Shown here one piece after another: positions 54,040 through 64,000 of a DNA stretch of 64,000 nt (position 1 is its first letter; each line of letters starts with the position of its first letter). The stretch lies in contig CM022675.1 of NCBI GenBank assembly GCA_012295275.1, forward strand, positions 11,656,001-11,720,000. The letters run 5' to 3'. Both the position numbers and the translations under genes were made by a program. Source of the stretch: Chrysomallon squamiferum. Its lineage: Eukaryota > Animalia > Mollusca. The notes below the pieces were generated by a model that was given only the letters and a program-made list of their open reading frames with translations, was not told the origin of the DNA and did not search any database.

Positions 54040-55879
54040 GGTTTGATTTATAAAATGTTGTTTTATTATTTATTTATACAGAAGTCACTTGATTAAAACA
54101 GAAAAAAAACCCATTAGTATCATTTGATATATATATATATTTTATTTATTATAAATTTTTTTTTTTAATCTTTGTGTCAGATAAACCACAATAATGAAGT
54201 AATTTATACTGAAAAAAAAAAGCATTTTAAATGGTATATTTTTAAAACATTAGCCACATATTTACATACTATTTTTAAAAAAGATTTAATTCTCAGTGGG
54301 TCATATATTTAAAATATTTGAATTGTGACTTTTTTCCCGAGAGAATTACGTATTTTAACCATTTGATGGACTATTTATGACTTAACTGTGTTATATATAT
54401 TCTTACTTTTATTTTATTTTTAAAGTTTATATTGGCTCTATACTTACAAACCCCAGAAAGTATGTTAATAATACATTTACAGTTATGGTGCTAATGTAAT
54501 AAAATAATTGTAATAAGGACAACATTTTGTACAGCTAAAATATTTGTTATCATTACTTATACAAAGTATAGGTATATAATGTGTTGTTACATTTCAGTTT
54601 ATATTATCTCTTTTTGAAGATGAAGTACAACAGTGATATTGATCTTTTTATTTTATTTTATTTTTTTTCAATTTTTTAAAAAATATAATAAATATGTAAT
54701 TAAGAAATCTGAACCAACATATCAGAGGGTTTTCTTTAAATGTAGAGAGTTACCAGTATTGTAGAAAATATATATAATACTTGTACAGGTACTAAAACAT
54801 TTATCTGGTAAGCTTGGAGGACCAGAAGTTTTCCAGGCCAAATATTTACTTAAAATATAAAATAAACAACAACAAATAATAGATTAATACATTTCTAAAG
54901 CAGAGTGTCTTAATTCTCTTAAAATTCTTAAAAACCAGTATAGAATATGCTTTTCACTAGTAAGGTCCATATTTGCTAGCCTTTTAGACATGAACATAAA
55001 TGAAAATAAGGTGAAACTGAAAGAAATAGCTGCTCACTGTGATACACAGCAGTACTGTTTCACTAATTGGTATCTAATTAGAAAATAGCTAGAATTTTTT
55101 TAATTTCTGGAATAAATGCATTTAAAACCAACATCTACATCAACTTCAGTAAGATGTAAAATTTTTATTTATTTATTTTTATTTTTTATCATGTTTGAAG
55201 ATGTTTTTAAAAAAATTACAAAAATTATTTTGTTTCTTGTATTTAGATAAGTGGTTACATACTTGAGATCTAAAATCATTTGTAAAGAAAATGGGTGATG
55301 AGAAATTTACAGGATAAATCTGTATTAATTGTTGTTTTTATGCTGCTCTATATTTGTTTTTTATTATTATTATTATTATTATTGTTTGCTTGCTTTAATG
55401 GTGTAACATGTATGATGTAATAGCAGGAGTTTTTGTATTTTCTTGCAATGATATTGTGAATAATGATGTACATTTTTAATATTTTATTAATATTATAATG
55501 AGCATAATAGTACTGATAACAGTTGCTTTGTATATTTATTATTTATTTTATTTTATTATATTTTTTACACGCAGCTAGTATTTTACAAATGATGTCTAAA
55601 AACAAAAAATTGAAGAGACAAACAACTGCTTTTGTTTGAAAGTGACCGAACGGCCTTCAGTATTTACTGCATTTTTACATATATATGTGTTTTATATTCC
55701 TCAGTTGGAAATTTGTTAATGCTAAAATTGCTGCAGAAAATGTCAAACACACATTTCTGCATTTAATTTGATATAAAATAATTTAACCCTTTCTCTCCCA
55801 GACTGGAATTTGTGTGAAATGTTGGGGGTCACAACAAACAGACAAATAAATAAATATGTCTGACATCTACATAAGCCAG

Positions 55880-57900
55880 TGATCATTTTTAGTGCTGCCT
55901 ATGTCTTTCCTGGGTTTTCTGTTCCTTTTTTCCTTCCTAAAGCACCCTGTACTGGGCCACACCCAATTCCGTTTGAAATCATTTGACTTGCACAAAGTAT
56001 CTGTCTGAAACAATTCAAAGTGTTGATCTCTGTTTCCAGCAAAACTGTCTTTGTTACTGATTTCATCATCGTTGTAGTCTGATCCAGATTAATGAAAACT
56101 TTTTGATTATCCAGCATATTTAAAGATAACACAGACACAGGTTAGTAAACTCGACAGCTAAAAATAGAACAAACCAAAAACAAAACCCTTCACTAATACA
56201 TTTTTTATCTACAGTCTTGTTTATCAAGGGTCAGAGTCCAGAACCTTGTTTTTGGTGAACAGCCCCTCCTTCCGAAACCACCAAGCAGATATAATTATGG
56301 TCGTATCACAAAGTTCCCAGTTTTAGGGAGTAATCTTAATTAATGTTGCTAGCATTTATGGCATTTATAGTATCTCTGAAATTACTTTATTAAATGTTGA
56401 ACATATCTCCATTACAATAAACATTACGTCCAAGGTAGCAAAGCTTATTCCTTCCCTTTGGCAAGGGAGGTAATTCTTCACATGACATAGACTCGATGTC
56501 TTCCAAAAATCATTAAAATAATTATATAGGGATCACTTACTCTTGCAATATGTTTCATAAGAAATGTAAAATGTACAGCTTTTAGAGTAACATAAAAAGG
56601 TAGTTCCCCCCCATAAATGTTAGTCATAAAAAATATTACATCACTCTCATGAAGATTATGATGAAAGGTTAAGTCCCAAATTGAGTGGGGGAAAAAAAAA
56701 CCATATTATAATATAAAAAAATACCAGTTAAAATTATACCAAAATCTCCATGAAAATATTCCAGAAATTTGAAATGTTTATGACTATGTCTCAGATTTAA
56801 GTTCTTATTTTACTGTTTGTTTACTTTTACAAATTATGAGGAAGAAAAATATAGTGTTTGTTGTTTGTCTTTCAAATCTGCCTGCAGACAATGCAGAATA
56901 TTCAGATAAAAACTGATGTGCCTCATAGTTGTTTGCTGTTAATGTACTTTTTGGATTTCCTTGTAAATTATATACGGAATTGACATTTCTGACTAGAATA
57001 GCCACCAGCAATAACATATCACCACTTAATGATGGCCAAACCACAGGCTAATAAGCACAGTGTTGGTCAATCAAATCAACACTGCCTCATGTAGGACTTG
57101 TAGCCAATGATTCAGGTTTGGCAACAACTTTTATTCCCCATATTTTTAATTTTTTTTATTTAACTTTGCATTTGTACAAAGGACAGCAAGAGCTTTCTCG
57201 CCTCTCCACATTATAGACACAAGATTCTCAGGAATCTAAAAAGAAACAGTATTTGTTACAGTAGGAATCAATCACAGCTTCTATGTTCGCTCAGCTTTAC
57301 AGGAGCAGTTATCCTGGGATAGCTGTTTCATCTCCAAGCAATCTTGAATATGCAGTTTGTCGTTTTTCCCCACGAAACAGCATCTCCCACTCACTTTCGG
57401 TTGATTTTCGTATGAAAATTTGTATATGGTAGATGTATCTTGTGTAAAATAATTTAAACCTTTCCCTAGTAATTGTGGAAACATGAATATATGTAGTTCA
57501 CCCATTCTTTCCTCTTTGGAATACTGTTTCAAAATACCTAGTCCTTTGGTTGAACCAGTTGCTTGTTTTTCACCCTGTATACTCTAGCATGGACTTCAGA
57601 GCATCATATTCCTTGCTGGGAGTAAGGTAACCAAGTCAACCAGATCGCACTTCATTGATTGTTCATTCCATGGAATTTTCAAACGAGGATTGGCAGTTGG
57701 TTTTTCTATTAAATGTACGAACCATTTTAGAAGACCTGCACAAAATTTATTATAAAGGTACCATTGGAAAATTAGATGTTGCCTTTTCCAAGAAGACAGT
57801 TGGCTGCAGCCTAGGCATGAGCCATTTATTGCATGTTTTGACAAATGTAGGTCCATCACATGAACAAAAGATTGAGCAAATGTTTTGATACTTTTAAGTG
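55880..57900 (-). mobile_element. Decayed coding-like sequence, probably a transposon remnant of unidentified family
   Basis: Higher complexity and GC than the flanks, few microsatellites, several short stop-broken ORFs on -; no convincing protein family match by eye. Confidence 0.3.
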
Positions 57901-59590
57901 ATTTACAAAATGGGAATGTTATTCCGTTATGCCCCAGTCAGGGGTCTTGTACTTGATGGCCACTAAGCCAACACCTGCAAATGAATCACAACTAAACTGT
58001 TATCTGTTTCAATTGCACAATGATGTTGCAGGTGATGTGGCTTCATTTCTAATTGTTCTGTATGATTGTAGCAACACTTGATGTAACTGCTACCTGTGAC
58101 TCTAACACTAACAGTGACATTCATATTTCCAAACAGAGTTCAAAATATCTTTTTCTGCTGTTGAATATAAGCAGTATAATCATCCTTGAAAGTGAGTGAA
58201 ACTCAGAAAAAGTTTAGATAATGTTACATTTATATTACATTGAAATTGGTAAAAACAAAATGGCTTCCTTGGCCACCTACACAGTCTGTAGTAACACAGA
58301 CTGTATCATCACACATCATTGTTACTAGTAACTGTAACAGACACAGACATTTCATTTAACATCATGTTCTCAAATAGAGATCAAAATATCCTTTTCTGCT
58401 GTTGAACACAAACAGTACAATTTTCCCGAAAACTGAGTAAAACTTGGACAATTTTTAGATTGTTTCATTTGTATTACAGGTCATACCTCAGTCTTCTCAT
58501 CATATCTGAAATATCAGTTAAAATGTTCTGGGAGAAAATCCAACAGAAAACTAGATGATCTTTGCAGGCATGCACAAATTAACCCCCCAAAAAGTGTGGG
58601 TTTAAAACAAATATATTAAAACAAAAATAATAATAATAAAAATGTATAATCAACTAGCACCAGCTGGGTAGTCTTGTTATTAGATGTTATTAGCTTGATG
58701 TATTTTTTTATTAAGAATGACCATCTGTTTTTTTTATTTTTATTTATTTCTTTCAAAAACAAGATGACCTATGGTGATTTTCTTCACTATTTTCTTGCTG
58801 GGAGTAAGGTAGCCAAGTCAACCAAATCAAATTCCATGGAATTTTCAGACGAGGATTGGCAGTTGGTTTTTCTTTTAAATGTACGAACCATTTTAGAAGA
58901 CCTGCACAAAATTTATTATAAAGGTACCATTGGAAAATTAGATGTTGCCTTTTCCAAGATGACAGTTGGTTGCAGCCTAGGCATGAGCCATTTATTGCAT
59001 GTTTTGACAAATGTAGGTCCATCACTTTAACAAAAGATTGAGCAAATGTTTTGATACTTTTAAGTGATTCACAAAATGGGAATGTTATTCCGTTATGCCC
59101 CAGTCATGGGTCTTGTACTTGACTGCCACTAAGCCAACACCTGCAAATGAATCACAACTAAACTGTTCTCTGTTTCAATTGCACAATGATATTGCAGGTG
59201 ATGTGGCTTCATTTCTAATTGTTCTGTATGATTGTAGCAACACTTGATGTAACTGCTACCTGTGACTCTAACACTAACAGTGACATTCATATTTCCAAAC
59301 AGAATTCAAAATATCTTTTTCTGCTGTTGAATATAAGCAGTATAATCATCCTTGAAAGTGAGTGAAACTTAGATAAAGTTTAGATAATGTTACATTTATA
59401 TTACATTGAAATTGGTAAAAACAAAATGGCTTCCTTGGCCACCTACACAGTCTGTAGTAACACAGACTGTATCATCACATATCATTGTTACTAGTAACTG
59501 TAACAGACACAGACATTTCATTTAACATCATGTTCTCAAATAGAAATCAAAATATCCTTTTCTGCTGTTGAACACAAACAGTACAATCAT
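57607..59590. repeat. ~0.8-kb recent direct duplication (57607-58425 and 58788-59590)
   Basis: Near-identical sequence from 'cttgctgggagtaaggta' through 'ctgctgttgaacacaaacagtacaat' in both copies; explains the twin ORFs at 57655 and 58674. Confidence 0.92.
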
Positions 59591-60070
59591 CCTTGAAAGT
59601 GAGTGAAACTTAGATAAAGTTTAGATAATGTTACATTTATATTACATTGAAATTGGTAAAAACAAAATGGCTTCCTTGGCCACCTACACAGTCTGTAGTA
59701 ATACAGACTGTATCATCACATATCATTGTTACTAGTAACTGTAACAAACACAGACATTTCATTTAACATCATGTTCTCAAATAGAAATCAAAATATCCTT
59801 TTCTGCTGTTGAATATAAGCAGTATAATCATCCTTGAAAGTGAGTGAAACTTAGATAAAGTTTAGATAATGTTACATTTATATTACATTGAAATTGGTAA
59901 AAACGAATTGGCTTCCTGTGACTATAACACTAACAGTGACATTCATATTTCCAAACAGAATTCAAAATATCCTTTTCTGCTGTTGAATTATAAGCAGTAT
60001 AATTATCCTGGCAACTCAGTAAAACTTAGATAAAGTTTAGAGTGTTACATTTATATTGCAGGTCATACCT
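59300..60070. repeat. ~241-bp tandem repeats nested at the end of the duplication
   Basis: 'cagta(t/c)aatcatccttgaaagtgagtgaaacttagataaag' occurs at about 59338, 59579 and 59820; a shortened unit follows. Confidence 0.9.
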
Positions 60071-60923
60071 GTTTCTTCTCCTTGTATGAAAAATGTTCAT
60101 CAAATTTATCAGCAGGAGGATCTTTGTAAAATCAGATCTCTGACTTCAATTCATTCCCCAAAAATCAAGTAGCACCAGCTGGGTGGTCTTGTTATTTGTA
60201 TGTATTTTTTTATCAAGAACAATCATCTGTTGTATTTCTTTCTTTTAAAAACAAGATGATCTGTGGACATGTTCTTCTGTAATTCAGTTGTTTAGTAATT
60301 TTTCCAGGTGATTGGCTTCATTTGCAGTCGTTCCGTATCATGATAGCAAAATGTAACAGTGACAGAAATTTGATTTAAAATTATATATATATATATATGA
60401 ATTCTTGTTTTCCTCATTATATTTAAAAAAATTAATTTAAAGAAAAAAAATGACATTCTTGATATTTGTTTTTGTGAAAAGCGGATGGCATGATTTGTAA
60501 ATGCAAAATAGTGTATATAAAATTATAATAATCTTCATCCCATCTTTGAAATCAGAAGTCCTTTTGTGCTGTTGAATGGTATAATTTTCCTGGAATTCAA
60601 TTAAGACTGTTACATTTATGTTACAGGTCACACCACCTATGTCTTCACTTTATAAGAGATATCCATTACGATCTTGGCCTTGTATTGGGAGAGCATTCAT
60701 CAAACAGCTGAATGATCAATGCAAATTTATCGAAAATGAGTAATGCCAAAAGATTTAGCATTATCTATATAACGTCTTTTTTATTTATTTATTTATTTAT
60801 TTATTTATTTTGTCTTTGTTTCTTTCTTGTTTTTTCAAAATTTAATAAAAAGTGTTGCAGTGATGACTAAAATTATATTTAGTTGTTCAAGAGATTTATA
60901 AAAAAAAATATAAAAAAAATAGA

Positions 60924-60958
<35 letters not shown>

Positions 60959-61911
60959 TATATTAGGAAAGTTGTAATGAATTCCAAAACTACAGTGAAA
61001 ATGAGGTTTGAGTAACAGCTGACTTACAGTATTAAACACATCATCATCATCATTATTTGTGCATACTTACATGTGAATAAATGAGAGCTGACTCTTATCA
61101 TTAATTTGATTAGTCTTGTATGTGTACCTGTCATGACATTCAGTCCTTAGACCAAGTGCAGTTCTCCTCATCTGAGGAATTGTAGACGTTGATAATTTCA
61201 CAGTCATCATCACTGACAATGTCATTGTCTCTGATTGAGAACTGGAACTGATTGGTTAAGTTCTAACCTTTCAACAACCAATGGGAATGCACCCTAAGAT
61301 CTTTCATACAAATTTGACTGGTTACGCTGCAAGGACTAATTATTCAGTAAATTTTACACAAATGAAATAATCATCCAAGCTGTGTATGCTAGCTCTGTAG
61401 TATCAGGTATCCTTACATTTTGTATGATTATAAACCTTCAGTTAAATAGTGTTCCCCTCTAAATATCATGACAATTACTTGATACCTGTTCATACTACAG
61501 AGAAATTTATATGCAATTTTAAAAAAAAAATATATATATATTTTCAAATGCCATCAGCTCGGTGGTGTGGTTACTAAAAGTTATTAGTTTGATCTCAGAG
61601 TTTAAAAAGTGATCATCTGTTGTTATTTTTAATCCTTCAAAAACAAGATGTCCTCTTATGAAACATTAAAAAAAAAAAATTCATGTTTTTCTGGTGATGT
61701 GGCTTTGTTTTTCTAATAGTTCTAAATTCGTAAATTCCCAAATGATATGTATAATAATTGTCTTCTCTTCCGAGTCAAATTGAGATCAAAATATCCTTTT
61801 CTGCTGTTGAAATATAAACAGACATGGAAAATTAAACTAAGGTATACTTAGTGAGTGAATCTGTGGCCTGAATGTTTTAAACTTCTAGCCAATTTCCAAA
61901 TTTTATTGAAT

Positions 61912-61943
<32 letters not shown>

Positions 61944-63725
61944 CATTTTTTTCACATCCCATTATTTTTCAGTTTCTATTTATTTATTCGTGAAATCTCT
62001 ATTCATGGGCATAACATACTTACCTACATTTGTATCCAAGACAAATGCCAAAAATATAAGTAACAAATGGAGGGCAGTGGCAATGACATTTTTTATTGTT
62101 CTGTTGTTGTTGTTTTTTTTCTTTTTGTCATTTTGCCTCTCAAATCTGTCAGAAGAGAGTTCTTGAATTCTACCTTTTTGTTGGTGAAACAAAATAAAAG
62201 AAAGTTAATACAGCAGCTACCAGCTTTCTGTCCCTGCAAAATGTGTAGATTCCTGTTCTTCCCATTTTCCTAATGTTACATGCAGCTCAGAACCTTACAA
62301 TGATAGTTGTATTTAGCAGATCCTTGTGAACCAGTTTGTAAAACAAAAAAAATAAAAACAAAATTGTCAGTTATTACAGAAAGATAAATGGTGGGCAAAT
62401 TTTGTTTTTATTCTTTTCATCATCTTTTCACTGTCTTTTAATACCTGATCTTACATACAACCAGATTATAAGAATTAATAAGAATAGTTATTTAGCTCTA
62501 ACATAATTCTGAGTGTGATGCAAATCTGGTGACCCCTTCTTCTTAGTTTTGGCCCAGGACAGGGTGCTTGAGGATTTCTTTATTATTAACACAGAAAGCA
62601 AGTACAGTAAAGTGAAAAGCATACTAGTGCAATAAAATATCTAAAAAATGGCATCCCTATCATGGCCCCCTCCTTGTCTAATTATTATATATTTATTCCT
62701 GCTCAGATCTGTATATGGTCACGTTTGTTAAAAGAAATATGTAAAATTTGACTGACTTGCTAAGACTGCATAAAAATACGTATGTAATATTAAAATAAGG
62801 GTAATTTCCATCTGTTAACAAACAAAAAACAAATATTTTTTTTATGAGCAAATGTTTTTTCAAACGTTAGAAATGAGAAACCATATTTTACTTCTTGTCA
62901 AGGTCACTTTGGGTCAGAGAAAAGATGCCAACTGAGTAATATAATTAATTTAATACAGATCTGTTTATTGACAGTAACAGTCATGAAAATCAGGTTGTTA
63001 CTTTTGATGCTGTGTTTGCATTTTAATGGTTTATTTATCATCATGATGACAATTTATTTATTTACTTGGTAACATTTTCTATTTTAAAATGAGAAGTATG
63101 AATATTATTTTTTTTGAGTCTGTTGATACAAATTTCAGTTAAAGTCTGACTTTTTAATGGTTGTGATTTATCCAGTAAGAATAATGAATAAAAGGTAATT
63201 TTATTTAATTATCTATATATATTATTTTCGTGTTTATATTCAGACACCATCTTCCAAGCTAGCTTCCATTTCTGTAAAAACAAATGTTAAAAATATTGCC
63301 TTGCTTTTTATGGTTGTGATGTTTTTTTCTGTAAATTAATTCCATATTATTTTACTTTACAGTGACTATAAACTTACATTTTTACCTATTGCGATCCCAC
63401 TTTTTTTTATATAAAATGTTTAATTGGTAATAAATGTCTTTTTAATATACATATACATGATAAAATTTATTACAATTTTTAAATTATTTACTATTACTAT
63501 GTATATTTTAATTACTGTTTTGATATTATATTTGACACAGAAAATAAAAATAATAAATATATATAAAGAAACCACACTGTCAATGAAGTTAATAATGTGC
63601 ATGACCTATAAAAATTGTCAATGTTCATTATGAATTTTTTTTTTTTTTTTTTTTTATAAATATTTTTTACATGTCACTTTTTAATAAAGAACATTTAAAT
63701 GTTGTAAAATGGTGTGCTGTTGTTA

Positions 63726-63760
<35 letters not shown>

Positions 63761-63928
63761 TTAGTTTTATTTTATTTTAACAGTTGGTGAATGGACAGTA
63801 TTAATGGGCATCCCAGTGAAATGATTCATAAAATAAATTTTTGAAAATGACACTCATTGCTTAATGATGGCAATGAAGTTAGTAATGAGTATAATAAAAT
63901 AATATTTTATCATTATTATTATTATTAT

Positions 63929-63961
<33 letters not shown>

Positions 63962-64000
63962 ATTTTAAGCCTTTTGTATCCTGAAAAATAAATAAGTCTG

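Noticed and set aside
57655-59030. Twin ORFs MEFS.EDWQLVFLLNVRTILEDLHK as a duplicated gene
   Set aside because: Short, with no recognisable domain or exon structure; explained by the 0.8-kb DNA duplication.

Overview
AT-rich, microsatellite-laden, intron-rich animal DNA. A mollusc, most likely a coleoid cephalopod or octopod, is inferred from composition only. Three genes can be reconstructed by hand from splice sites and reading phase: (1) the last five coding exons of the SWI/SNF subunit SMARCC (BAF155/170, moira) on +, 187-7680; (2) a complete TBC1D5 (retromer-associated Rab7 GAP) on -, coding from about 43203 to 14017, convergent with SMARCC; (3) TMEM169 on +, with a single coding exon at 53428-54039, divergent from TBC1D5 across a candidate bidirectional promoter with CLEAR-like E-boxes. 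The most notable result is a tandem pair of homologous 103-nt exons in TBC1D5 (30392-30494 and 29605-29707). Both encode the catalytic Q-finger segment and can only be used one at a time. The intron between them has complementary ends able to form a 15-bp stem, a candidate exclusion mechanism. TBC1D5 also carries minisatellites built from its own splice sites: a 93-bp array with 7 extra donors or potential 24-nt in-frame micro-exons, and a ~35-bp array of acceptor copies. Several exons contain indels that look like assembly errors. The 55.9-62 kb region is a decayed, internally duplicated element of unknown type. Most ORFs in the supplied track are microsatellite artefacts.
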